From Zancudomyces culisetae HAW-14-8 (Eukaryota > Fungi > Kickxellomycota): a stretch of 64,000 bases of DNA. A model generated the notes under the pieces. That model ran no database searches and had not been told where the DNA came from. It saw nothing but the letters and a program-made list of their open reading frames with translations. Numbering within the stretch: the stretch's first letter is position 1; each line of letters opens with the position of its first letter. Positions 36,457-49,736 of this stretch are shown here, piece by piece. The position numbers and the translations under genes were made by a program. The stretch covers positions 1,240,001-1,304,000 of the forward strand of contig JBNJNM010000013.1 of the NCBI GenBank assembly GCA_052426225.1, read 5' to 3'.

Positions 36457-38147
36457 TCATAATTGGTAGCATGTCACTGATTCGTCCCAAGAGTGTGAGG
36501 CCAACAATCCTGGCTGAAACAAACTCCAATTAATTCCAAATACAAATTCAGTTGCATCTGAGCTCTGGTACACTATTCGCATTTTATCAATGTCCCAAAT
36601 TGATACACGCATGTCATAGCCACAGACCGCAAGCAGTTGTTTGTGGAATGGGCTGAATTCCAGTTTTCTAACCGGAAAATCAAACGGACCCAGCTGTATA
36701 ATGGGTCGCGTTGGGTTGGCAAGGTCCCACAACATAATTGTCTTATCGGTGGACGCTGTGGCGATCATTGTTTGCTGGTACTTGTTGTGATCGATTGATA
36801 GTATTTGGTCTCGATGGCCACTATTTGCCAGTGTCAGAGTGTTGCTGCTGGATGGTGGCAATGCTGCGTCCCAGAATCTGATTGTCTTGTCTCCTCCGCA
36901 TGATGCAAACATGTTGGGGTTTTTGGGGCTGAATGATATGTCGTAGACGCAGCTGTTTTGTTCGTGACCCAAGAATGTCATTAACGAGCTTTTGTGACCC
37001 GGAGACCACTAATAATATCAACGTTAACATTAGAATTAAAATTAGAATTAAAATTATTATCAGAGTTAGTATCAGAGCTAGTATTAGTGGTGAGCTTAGA
37101 GCATGGAGTTACCAGCTTAATAGATATTCTAAAAATATTTGCAAATTGTGACTTGCCAGTTTTATTGTAGAGTCCCACGAACAGCTCAGAAATGTGTTTT
37201 TGCTAATGTAGTTCCATTTCAATGCCATAACCTCACGCTGATGTTCTTTCCACCTTGCAATTGGGAATGAATCCTAAGGATACCAGTAATATTCAAATTC
37301 ATATTTTACTCTTACTCATACCCTTACTCTTACCCTTACCCTTCAATACTTTTAAGATAAACTAGTACCAATTAAAGTATAAAATAAAAGAGAGAGAAAG
37401 AGAGAGAGAGAAACTCACCTGTATATTAATGTCGAATAAAATAATGTTTCCTTTATAGTCTCCAGATACTAATTGAGATTCGTGGCATTCGCTCCAAGCA
37501 ACATCGAATAATCCATATTGCGTATCAAAACTACAAGGACCATATAAACACACACATACACACAATTATATATATATGTATTATACCGAGCTTGCTGATG
37601 AAAAGGATAATAAGGTAAATAAATATAGGATATCACCAAATATTTTTATGAAAAAGAGATGGTGATAATAATAGTGATCAAAATGGTTGAGTAAATGTTG
37701 GATTTTTAGTATGACAAAGTTTTCTTTTACTTACCCCTTTATTTTCTGTAACTAGATATATAAAATGTATCATGCAAACCATTAAACAAACCATTAAACA
37801 AAAAAAGGTAGAAAACAAGTAGAAAAAAACAAAAGAAAAAAAAAGATACGTATATAGAAAAGACAGTCAAGTACCTGTTGTAATTGGGGAGTGGGAAGTG
37901 AATGTATTCCTAGCTGACCATTTCCGACCAAACCAAAGTTTGCAGCACCAGCAGTCGCCAACAAGTTTTTGTGGAATGGACTAAATTTGACCTTTTTAAA
38001 AAAAAGTTAATTTTAGTTTTAGTTTTAGTTTTAGTTTTAGTTTGTATCAATCCCCTTTATAAAAACAAAAGAAATGAAATGAAATGAAATGAAACTTACT
38101 GCATATCCTTTATACCCAGGTGTTTTATTCTTACAAGTAATGTGCAT
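36457..38147 (-). CDS. PEX7: Peroxisomal PTS2 receptor Pex7 (WD40), 6 exons, 320 aa
   Basis: Exons 38147-38100, 37991-37875, 37751-37735, 37530-37419, 37273-37157, 37008-36457. GYKGYAVKFSPF...AANFGLVGNG, FDTQYGLFDVAWSE, WKEHQREV, SWDSTIKLWSP, TEFVFGINWS. Confidence 0.93.
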
Positions 38148-38558
38148 ATTTTTTTTTCCAAAGATTTAAAAAAGTTTTATGTTTATATTACAAATGCTTG
38201 GGTCTTAAGGAGTTTTATTTCCCTTTTCCTTATATTTATATATATATCCCACAAAAGTACCAAAGAAACTAAAAACTAAAAACTAAAAACTAAAAACTAA
38301 AAACTTAAAACTTGGTAATAACTTTGCATGTGCAAAAATAAAAATTAAATAATAAAAAATAAAGCGGGATCCAAAGAAAATTAGAGAAATCAAGATTATC
38401 TGAGAAAAAAAAAAGGAAATGCAAGAGGGGGCTTTACAAGCTCATGAATGTGTGAGTTTGTGTGTGTTTGCATATGAAACAGACAAATCATGAATTTATA
38501 CTTATTTATTTATTTATATATTTTACGAGTCTTATATTTTAAAAAAAAAGAAAAGGGG

Positions 38559-41500
38559 TTATGAAAATAATGAAGAGTCTAAAAGAGATGAAAATATCGA
38601 TACACCATTCTCAGCAATCAAGTAAGAGCATCCGTGAACCGAATACTTATCGCCACCATTGATACTACCAACATTCTTTTGTAATTGATGAGATAAAAGA
38701 CTTTCCAGAGCGTTTTTGGTACTGTTGAAGGTAAAGTAGGACATGAACGAGGATATAAATGTTGACACAATAGCCTCGTCACCAAGACTACTGTCGCCAA
38801 AAGTTTTGCCCAGACAGGAAATGGATATGTAATGTGGTAAAGCAGGAAAAGTATTGGAAGTACCAGAAACACTTTGATCCTGGTGAACCTTCGAATCAGG
38901 GCCCTGTGGTATAGGGCTGATAATTTTGTCGTCAAAAGACAAGTAGTTGTATTTTTCAACTAGCAAATTGATTATTGGATTAGGCAGAGTTTTGACAAGA
39001 TGGCAAAGTACATCTCCGTTTTTACCAGCAACACCAGTAATACTTGTGTCAAGATCCATTCTGTTATCAAGCAAATTATTACTATTACTATTATTATTGT
39101 TAGTAATAGTAGTAATAATAGTATCGGTGCTGGTTTTTTGGAGATCATTTTGACGCAAAAACAATGAAAAATAATCATAAATCTTTAGATGCTTATAGTG
39201 GTGGAACAGGAAATCTTGTATAGAGTTTAGAAGAATTGAACGGATTTCACGCAAATCCAAATTCGTGGTGGGATGGTTGGGATCTGGATTGACGTTGGCG
39301 TTGACGTTGGCATTGAGATTGCAGTCGTGGTGTTCAGATACGAGGGAAAGAAACAATGCCAGCAGTTCGACATAGTGCTCAGAATTATCGACACCGTCGA
39401 ATGTTTGGGGTTGAAAGATGCAGGCCAAAATCATTGTAAAATAGTAATTGTAGTGGTGATAAACAACATCTCGAGAATTTTGGCATGTTACAGAGACTTG
39501 AATCAGAGTAATGGATAGGTTTAGGTAGTACTTGATGGAGCTCTTCAAAATCGATGACAGTCGACAAGCTGAAGCCGAATTAGATGATTGTAGTAGTGTG
39601 TTGTTGTACTTGAGGAATAGCTGAATCAGCGACTTGACAACAATCAACGATAGTACAATCTGGTCGCTGGTACTACTTCTACTGTTAGCTTGGAAAGATT
39701 GTAAAAAGCCTTCAAAAGAATCTGTAGTTACAGGTTTTGGTTGTACGTTGGAATCTAAATCATTACTTTTACTCGTATCAACAACAGACTTTTCGGTAAA
39801 ATCGTTGTCTGGCAATGTACCAAAACTGTTGAACATGATAATTTCGTTTTCAATAACGAAAAGTCTTTCAAGAACCCTAGTAATAATATTATTATCTACA
39901 GCAGAGGTACTAGCGAGGTCATCAGTTGACAAGAAAACATCAGTGGAATCAAATGTTGAATTGTGAGATATAGATTGAGATATATACTGAGATTGAGATT
40001 GAGATTGTAATGTTGACGCAGCTTGGTGGTTTATCACAAAAGTAAAGACAGAATCGAGTAGTACAAACAAGGGGGTTTGTAGAATATGATCAAAGATGGC
40101 TAATTTGGGTATTTGGTTTCCAATATCAGCATTCAAAGTATTGCTATCAACCGTATTTACATGGCCTAAGAGATCATTGAGTTCTATAAATTGATAGGGT
40201 GATAGTTTGTAGTTGTTGATTGATGCAACAAATGGAACCAATTTGAACAACAATGCAAGCCAATTGCTACTCCTATTACTATTACTATCGCTATTGGTAT
40301 TACTACTGGTATTGCTATTTCCATGTTGCAATCCAGTACCGCATAGTAGACTCATAAGCAATTGACAGTTAGATTCAAAGCCATCCTTGTCATTTTTGTT
40401 AGTGTTATCATCTGAAATCACGTGCTTCAGTATTACTGGAAGAAAATGAACAATAAACCAGTTTGACTTTACTATAGCTGCACTTACTGCATTGTTGGTA
40501 TTATTAGATAATGATTGATTTTCTTCTTTGTTTCCAACAAGAATTCCAAGTAGTTTTATAATGGTGGGTTCGTTGGATTGCAACATTTTGGTGATAAACT
40601 CTTGATGGGATGGCGTAGTTGTTGTCGTTGTCGTAGTTGTTGAAAAAGTGAAATATAGGCCAACAAAATTCACAATATGGTTGTAAAATACTTGTTGAAT
40701 CTTTTTGAGTTCGTCATTAACATTAACATCAGCATCAGCATCAGTATCAGCATCAGCATCAGGATTATCTTCAAAACTCTTGAATACCATGGATGAATTA
40801 TTATAGTTATAGTTATAGTTATAGTTATAGTTACTAATAAGTGTAATAAACTGCAAATCCATTTCCGATATAAACAACTTTGATAATCCAAGATAGAAGG
40901 ATGCCCAACCAGTCGCAAAACCTCTGCTCAACAAGTTCATCACCGACGCATTGTTCTGCCACAAATTTATAAATGCACAGGTTTTGGCTGCCCAGCTGGA
41001 TTCTTGTGGATAACACTCATCAAACAAATCGCTTGGTTTACCATTATCCATCCTCTTTCCATATACCGAAAGAGCAGTAAGAGCAACTCCATACATTTCC
41101 AACACAGTCTCATTACTTAACTGTATCAGCTCTGTTAACCAAAAGTATATTGGTGTACTTCCAAAACTCTTTCCATAACTTAGAGACGTTAAAAACAACA
41201 AGATTCTCAGTGCAGCCCGATTACTGTGGTTGTGGTTGTGGTTGTGATTGTGATTGTGGTTATTTTTACCATTTTCATTAAAAGTAAATACCCTCCTCAC
41301 TACTTCAAAAATTGGTTGCGTCTTATCATACCCCATCGCCTTTTTATACATCTTTGTAACCACAGGTCCCAATATCAATTCGACCGCCATATTTGGATCC
41401 AAAATCAAATACTCTACAAACAACTGTTCAATGTTGATGTATGGTCCACCCCACGATCTTTTCTTAGTATTTGGATATAGCTTAAATATCACTCTTTCGA

Positions 41501-44151
41501 ATTGGTCCTTGACATCTGCATATTCAATCTTGGATACCTTGTGCGCCAATTCCGTCGCTTTTGTAATTGCTGTAAACTTTATTTCCCCATTAACCTGCTC
41601 TGCCATTTTAATACCCTTACTATTATTATTGTTGTTTCCACTACCACTACTCGAATTCAACATTACAATCATCTTGACAATACTCGGAAATAGTAAAGGA
41701 AATCTTTTGCAATAAATTAGAATTCGACCATACGTCTTGTCGATTTGACTTGTGTTTATCCCAACAAACCTGTTAAGATTACATTTGCCGTCATTGATTT
41801 GCTTCATAATCTTCAGTGCTTGGCTAAACTCATCATAAACATTTGCATTTAAATTTGCATTTGCATTTGCATTGATCTCGAGTTGTTGATGAATTCCTCC
41901 CAATTTGTGGATTACCATATTACTCAAATTCTCTCCTTCTTCAAGACTCATTACACTACAAAAATATCTTATTATTGCATACCTTCCCACTCCTCCTTTA
42001 AATATCATCTCGCTTTGTAATTCTTCTACAAAACTCTTGTACTCTTTTTCCGCCATCAATCGTTCTACACTACAGTAAATACTAAAATACACGCTGTACC
42101 CATCACCAAAACACGTATTCCTATCTTCATCTCCTTTATCTTCTTCTACCAAGCAGTTCCTCGCCACTTTGTATCTTCTGATTGATCTAATCCGCCGCTC
42201 TACATCCTGGATTCGCTGTTTAAGACTCTGGTCGTCTGCTCGCTGGCTAATCCATATTTCTACCCACCGCTGTACCACTTGCCACAGATTCCGCAGCGTG
42301 TTTCGTCCTATCTCTTCAATCTCCTCAAGTTCTTTCACCCAGCTTTCAACTCCGTCGCTAGCCGACTCTGCTCTCCTCTCTTCATTTTGTTGTTTACTAG
42401 TAACCTCCCCACTCCTGCCCTGCAGATATTTTCCAAACAGTTGTGTCCAGATATAATACAAACTATTTTTTCCAATATACTCGTTTCCGTCTTCTCCATA
42501 ACCACCTTCATACTCATCTGTGTATAAACTATCTTCTACTATCGGTCTATGTACCCTCATATCAACCAGCTGTGGCGAGTACAGATCCACTATCACTGCC
42601 ACCTTCTTAACAATCCAATATATATGTTCTTTACTCTTGTTCTCTTTGACTCCGTGGCTCTGCAGCCCTGGAATAGCCTTGCTCACCATCCCGTCTCCCT
42701 GTATATTTCGGTCTATCTCACTCACCAACTTTAACACCTCGTCCTGTTTAATCTCATTCTGCTCACCTATTCTCCCCACTAAACTTCTAATCACTATCGC
42801 CTCTAATATCTGCTTGTTTTCTTCAGCTGTTATCAACCCTGGCGGAAAATATCCAAAATGTTTCGAAAACATCCCTGTTTCCCGCATATACGCCTGCATA
42901 CTTCCCATACTCACCAGCAACTCTTGCATACTTATTGCACCCGCAAAATCGCTCTTTTCGTATTGAAGTATCGGTGCCATTCCATCCGCTGCTCTTCTGA
43001 GCTCCTTTAGCTGTTCTTCTTTTTCTCCTCTTTCCTCCTTCTCTTCCTCCTCCTCCTCCTCCTCCTCCTTCTTCTCTTCTCGCTCCTCTTTGTTTTGTTG
43101 ATCTTGTTTCTGTTTACCCTTTGTCCCACTTTTCCACTTTACCATTCTCATAACATCCCTTTCTACCTCTTCTGCACTTATTTGCCAACTATTATACATC
43201 CTAAGCAGTCTAAAGTTGCTTATCAACGCCCCATACACTAAACTCGTGTCTCTGCCAATCAACTCTCCCAGTATCTCCGCCTCGGATATTTCTATTTCTG
43301 CCTCTGCTTGTCTTATTTTATTCCATTCCGCATCCACCGCTTTCTCCATCTCTCCGCGCCCTTTAAGATGCCTCGTTTTTAAATGCAAGTATATTTTCCG
43401 CATTGTAATATTTCTCACCAAATTTACACTCACCACCATCGGCAGCGCCGGTATCCCCCACGAAAAACCCTCTTCTTCGTCTCCCTTTATTACTGCTGGA
43501 ATCCGCTGGTATATTTCGTCGCTGATTTGCATGCATCCATCCCTTATTATCTTGATCCATTCGCTATACATCCCCACTATTCTCAACAACATTCCCATTG
43601 CTCTCTCCCTCGCCCCATTCTCCTCTCCACCCACCCCCCTCCCCGTATCCTGCTCGTCCACATCCATCTTGCTGTGACTCTTGTCATAACTTTCCTCTCT
43701 TTCCTCCCCTTCCCCTCTCAGCCCCTTGCTTCCTCGTTCATCATCTACTATATTCGACAGACTGCCAATTGAGGGAACCAATACGTGAAACACATATTCT
43801 ACAAGACTTTTTAGTCCCTCCCAATCACTTATCATCAAGCCCCCTGTCCCCGCCAGCTCAAAATCGCCCCGTTCCTCTCCCTCCTCCATTTCAAATCGCA
43901 TATTTTTGGCCCTGGGTTCCGCCTTAATCCCCCTATTTTCTCTTATTCGTTTTAATACCATATTTGCCATCAATATCCCCCCCTCAATACTTGCCCCAAG
44001 ATTTACCATCCAGCTCCGATCACTAGATATCTGTTCGACTGACATGCTTTTCAGCTGCTGCAACACCATTCTATAAAACTTGCCTGTCAAGTATCTTTTT
44101 GGGTACCGTCCTACTCCCACTCCTCCTTCTATTCCCATTCCCATTCCCATC

Positions 44152-44202
<51 letters not shown>

Positions 44203-44441
44203 GAGCCTGACCTTGAATCCGGACCAAGTCCGTACCTGACATGTGGCTCCAGTACCAATTCCAGCAGTTTTCTATATGTACTTTCTTGCCAACAAAATGC
44301 GGCAACCGCGAGAGCTGATCGCACCTCCTCGCGTGGTGTTTTGTCAATAACTTCTTGTAAATTTCCAGTTGGTACTGTCTGTTGGTTCTCCCCCTCCAAT
44401 AGGTATTTGAGTCCTGCTAGTAACTCCTTTACCTCTTCCAT
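38559..44441 (-). CDS. Large uncharacterised 1960-aa protein, helical segments with many low-complexity inserts
   Basis: Uninterrupted 5.9-kb ORF in AT-rich DNA; no catalytic motif recognised. Confidence 0.85.
44152..44202. repeat. (CCCTGT)n coding microsatellite giving (GQ)n
   Basis: About 8 hexamer copies, adjacent to (CCCATT)n giving (GM)n. Confidence 0.95.
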
Positions 44442-45328
44442 TCTTATATATTGTATGTATGTATTTATTTATTTCTAGTTTTTTTTTATTTTGTTTTACC
44501 ATCTATTTGTATTTTTTTTTATTTACACATTTTTGAACTTTATACTCTTTTGACATTCATCTCAGGTTTGCCAATATAATTTTTTCTACAAAGTTAAACT
44601 ACAGATACTTTTATATTTTCACATAAAACAAGAACTTTAACATCAAAACTCTCGTCTTCAATTAGTTTTTTATTCTCCTCTACCCCTCCCTCCCTCCGTC
44701 CTACTGCACCAATACTAGTTTGAGTATTGTATACATTATTTTGCTCCAGCCATAGTTATGAGTCCGGTGGCTCTAGTAGTATATTGGATTTTATGATCTA
44801 AGCACGTACGCTAGAAATATTTTTTATTGTATTTTGGACAAACTCTCTCCCCCCCCTCTCATTCCCTTTCCTTGGAATACTGAACAGAAATGTAACTAGT
44901 GTGGCAAACCATCATTCAAGCACACTTTTTAACTCTAGTATATCATTCTTCGTTTAAAAAAAATATAAAGAGACTTGAAGTTTTTTTTCTTTTTTCTTTT
45001 TTCTTTTTTACTCACTCAATCGCTTTAGATGAGCAAGCGATTTGGAATAATTGAATATATCTTTTCTAAAATATACTAAATAAACACGTCAAAACCCCCC
45101 CCTCCTCAAAGTATACCATCCCTTGGCTATCCAAATCAAAGCCGACCTTTTATACTAATGTATATTTGCATACAGGTTTTGGCCAAGGTGGGGCTTTTTT
45201 TTGTCAATATCACAACCATCAAACAAACATGTTTATGCTCATCACCATTATAATTACTAGAAGTCGAACTGTTTCTATGCAATCAAGTGCCACTTTATGT
45301 TTCACGTGATCCCCTTTTTACCCGCTCC

Positions 45329-45370
45329 CTCTCACCCTCTCTCACCCTCTCTCACCCTCTCTCACCCTCT
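45329..45370. repeat. (CTCTCACCCT)n tandem repeat
   Basis: About 4 copies of a 10-mer, intergenic. Confidence 0.9.
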
Positions 45371-45956
45371 GGTTCTCTCTCATATCTCTCATGTCTATAT
45401 TAATTATTAGATAAAAACCATCAAAAGCATCCAACACTGCATATAATGCAATCCTTTTTTTTGATTTGTTTCCTACATTAGAACGTAGAGTCGATCTTTT
45501 ATTTATTTGCGTTGAGTTGAAAGGCTTAGAATAGTTTACAATGCTGTTTAGTATTCATCCACCACATGGGTTTATTCCTCTAATAAATTCAGTGGTGAGT
45601 ATATAATACGCATTATGAACAAATGGTAAGTTAAAGAAAATCAATACTCCATTGGTGTTCCCACATCCCCCCCATCCCATATATAGCACCCAACACACCA
45701 CCAAATAACAACGGATGATGACAAAAAGAAAGAGCCAAAGTTCGATTTTTCTTTTAAAGAACATGAAGGAACAATGGTTCTATACTCGATCTTTTTTTTT
45801 TTGGAAAAAAAAGAAAAAAAGAGTGATTTATTTACCCGATCTTTGACTATGGTTGATTCATCCTGTCCAAATATTGCAATCCAAGCAAGTGATAATCCGA
45901 AAAACAATGAGAAAAAGTCTTGTGGGTATAGCAACGAAAGGGGAAGGATAATAAAG

Positions 45957-46003
45957 TGGTAGAATGGTAGAATGGTAGAATGGTAGAATGGTAGAATGGT
46001 AGA
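45957..46003. repeat. (TGGTAGAA)n tandem repeat
   Basis: About 5.5 copies of an 8-mer, intergenic. Confidence 0.9.
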
Positions 46004-47532
46004 GTGGTGCGGGAAATGCCCGTGGATATGCTATAATTTTGCGACTTTCTTGATTTCATGGCTTTATTGCTATTCGTTTTATAACATCTGTCTACCTTTA
46101 TCGGCATATCTTATTTAACAAATGAACAATCTTCATGTAAATTATCACTTGCTCCCTTACTTGACATTAAACCATTTCGCGTTTTAATACCAAAGCTACA
46201 AATTCCGGCATTAAACAAATATAAAACAAGAAAATAGCAAAGGGCAAAGGGCAAATCAAAAAACCTGTAATTATGTAACTGTGTCTTTTTGAACTCAACC
46301 CAAAGAGATCCAGAGAGAAAACTACAATATGAGGGAGTATATTTAGCACACTTCCAAGAAGAGGGGGGGTGGGGGGACGCACCGCCATCACATTGCCATT
46401 TTTTTCTTTTGAATACACCAATCTTAGGGTATTTCACATGTATAAAGTATTACGTCCATAGTATCACGTTGTTTTGTTTAGCAACAGGCCATTCTCTACG
46501 ATTTGCGCATATTCTCCTTTTTGTTCGTTTCATTTGGTTGATTTTTCTTTTTTGTTTATTCTCCGCCACCGATCCATTCAACTAGATACAAACAAAAGGG
46601 AAAAATCAGGTTGGAAGTAAGCAACCGGAAAACCGTTGCATTAAACGCAATACAAAATAACTTTGCATATCAGAATACAATCGATGGTGTTTTACAGGCT
46701 CGTACCTCCCAGGTTTAAAAATGCTGAATAAAATGTCCCTCTTGTTTGATAATGCAAAATGGAAATTAGCAAGAGATTATTGTAAAAACACAGCTATAAT
46801 CGATTTGTATAACTAAACGACGGCGCAAAACATTGCTCCCACTTACAAAACGCATTTTTTTTCGTGTGCTTGAGAGGAGGAGGAGGAGGAGGAGGGGGCG
46901 GGGTTAGCTCATCGTAGCTTATTTTTTTACCATTTCCCGACATTACTACCTTTGGTCTTTGTTTTTTTCTTTAAAATTCTCCGTCAGGTTAGGAATCAGG
47001 TGAGCATTACCAATTTAACATGGTTTGCATTTTTATTTGAGTAAAGCATTTAACACTGCATAAACATTTTCTAATTCATCCTATCCTTCTTCTCGATGTT
47101 ACCTCGCGGTTGCTAGAATACAGCACTGCGCAATGTGAATAAGCTTGTTTACTTTTTTTCACCAACACACACCCCCCACACGTTTAATTGGTCATTGCAA
47201 ATTCATCATCAGTGATATCACAAACCACAGTCTTGTTCCTACATCTACACTGCCCTCCCTTCATGTATTTTTCATATATAAATAGGCGAAGTATCGAAAG
47301 CAAAAAAAAAAAATCACTTTTGACTTTGTATTATCACTCGTACTTTGAGGTTGCTTTCTTTATCTCTTTTAAAATATTTTTAGGTATAACCAGAAAACTT
47401 GAAGCAGACTAATAACCTTTCAACTTTTTTCTATTCAGAAAACCTGTGGGTTGAAGTACGAAACGCACATTTTATTTTATTTCATTTTCAGTTTCAGAGT
47501 ACCAGATCAGCTGAAGTATAGCAGGTACAAGT

Positions 47533-48660
47533 ATGACATTTAGAATTCAAATATCTCAGGTAGAGTTCCATGGTGGTAGACATATATTCCCAGAAACAAC
47601 GTAGGTTTTGAGGTGTTTATACTTCACATTTTTTTATTTTTGAAACAGCTCAGTTGTGAATGATAGATAAACCAAGTAAAAGAAAATACGTGAATTTTAT
47701 TCAATCACCTTGCTTTAGTTGCTCTTATTTGTTCATTTTCGGATCGGTGTATAAAAATGAGGTTAAAGCAATGGGTTTCATTTAAGTAGTGCTAATTGAA
47801 CTATAATAGCTTTTTGTTATTGAATTTATCCATTTTTGTAATTTGATATTATAGATCTACGATAGAGATCAGAGGCGATTCAAGGAATGCCAAAGTAGAG
47901 TATCAGCGATGTATTAATAATAGATTTTCCTGTCAGGCCGGTAGTATCAGCGCGTAAGCTGTCCACTTACAACCATGTCTAATATATTGGTGACGTTTTC
48001 CAACTGTACATACAGCGTGTGGGGTATATATGTGTAATTTTTTGGTGCACTTTTCCAAAACTCGTGTGCCAGAATAAGCATTAAAAGCACTCATGGGCAT
48101 CTAATAGTTTATGTTTAAAATCATCATTCCCTTTATTTGTAAATAGGGGACATTTGAAGTACGTGCTTGATGCGATATCTTCGATCCAAAAGCTTCCAAA
48201 CTTTGGAATTCCATTGCCAATAGATGTATATGGGAGAAATGTCTCGGTGGTTATATTCCAAGACAATAAGCTGGTTTGGGCATATGGTAAGTAGACATAT
48301 TTGCGTGTGTTTTTATTAATACAGCAGGCTGGATTAGCATTAGGCGATCCCCTTTTGTTTGTATATGTGTTGTATTGACTATAGATATGTTCATAAAAAA
48401 TATGTAAAAGCTTATGAGGTATTTCTGAATAAGTTGTATCATGTGTGTTTATTAAATAAAATGTAGGTATAGATAGATCCAACCCCCCAGATGATGTCCG
48501 CGCAATCCAGTCTGACTACAAAGTCACAAATCTAGACAAAGATGTGTTTGGAAGAAGAATTAACTATTTACGCAGGGTAGCTGTTACTTCATGCAAAAGA
48601 AGCAGTGAAGGATCAATCATGGACGGAGTAAGAGCCATGAGGTTTTCTGCTACCGTTTAA
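47533..48660 (+). CDS. Uncharacterised 166-aa protein, 4 exons (not in ORF track)
   Basis: Exons 47533-47600, 47855-47953, 48147-48286, 48467-48660. Donors GTAGGT, GTAAGC, GTAAGT and TAG acceptors; phases 2,2,1 all match to give MTFRIQISQVEFHGGRHIFPETTSTIEIRGD...KLPNFGIPLPIDVYGRNVSVVIFQDNKLVWAYG...RFSATV*. Confidence 0.8.
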
Positions 48661-49066
48661 CGACGACGACAGTTTAATTCTTTCTGTTGTAAAATAAATA
48701 AAAAGTTATTTTTTTAAAATTTTTTTCTTTTATTTTTCAGAATATATAGTTACATATAGATAGTAAATGTTTTAAGCAAAGCAAAAATAAGAATAAAAGT
48801 TATATAGCCGTTCTATAAGACCTCCGAGATTCCGTTAGGGGTTACATGGAGTTTCTTTGGAGCAAAAAATGGGTAAAGCCTGCTAGTTCTCACTTTTAGT
48901 ACCTATGGTAACCCACCCAGTCCATTAAATGGCAATGTGTCATTTTTCTCTGGTGGGTGTTTTCAAATCTAAATTTGCATTTTTCTACATTTTATTGTAA
49001 TTAGGTACTAAGTTTATCGTTCTATCAGCAGGTTTAACGAGATAAGAATCCAATTGTGTTGCAGGA

Positions 49067-49282
49067 TCAGGATGGATTCATATTCTCTTTTATTTGAACA
49101 ATAATTTCGTCTTTTGGACAACAATCCGATTTCAGCCCATTTTTGTGCAACTCAACGCAGCATTCGGCGAGCTTTAAAATCTGTTCCGTACATTCCTCTT
49201 CCTGGAAATCATTCTTTTTCAAACAATCCTGGATCGCACAAGCGAATTCTTTGCAAGGCTGTAACTTTTTTCTCGCAAACAT
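49067..49282 (-). CDS. CMC4: Cx9C-motif mitochondrial IMS protein Cmc4
   Basis: PCKEFACAIQDCLKKNDFQEEECTEQILKLAECC...SDCCP matches the Cmc4/MTCP1NB pattern. Confidence 0.88.
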   Translation of the reverse strand: MFARKKLQPCKEFACAIQDCLKKNDFQEEECTEQILKLAECCVELHKNGLKSDCCPKDEIIVQIKENMNPS

Positions 49283-49736
49283 TTAGGGAGTAAAAGGGTT
49301 CTTTTCAATATACACAGCTCTGAAGGGGCCGAGTACTTTTTATTTTTATTTTTATTTTTGAATGTAAGAGAGAGAGCTTAGTTCTCATTTCAATTTTGAC
49401 ACTTTGATTTTATAACAAAATTGATGAACTAACAAACATCAATTCATTTAATTAAAATTATAAAAAAAAGACCGCAAATATTAAAATAGTCCATAATTTC
49501 TCATAGGTGTAACCGCACTTACCGCTATCTGCACAATTATAAGCATTTTTATACCAGTAATACCAAAAGTAGCATTAATTTCTTTCAGCTGCAGCAAATG
49601 GTTTCACGCAATAATTACATTGGTGCTGTGAAATCATAATCCATTTAATTAACATGTTCAACTTTTGCTGGCTAATAGAGGTTATATAACAATTGGTTTA
49701 GATAAACCCAAATGAACAATTCTCACAAACAACAAA

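Noticed and set aside
48081-48482. 133-aa minus-strand ORF
   Set aside because: Antisense shadow of the spliced plus-strand gene at 47533..48660.
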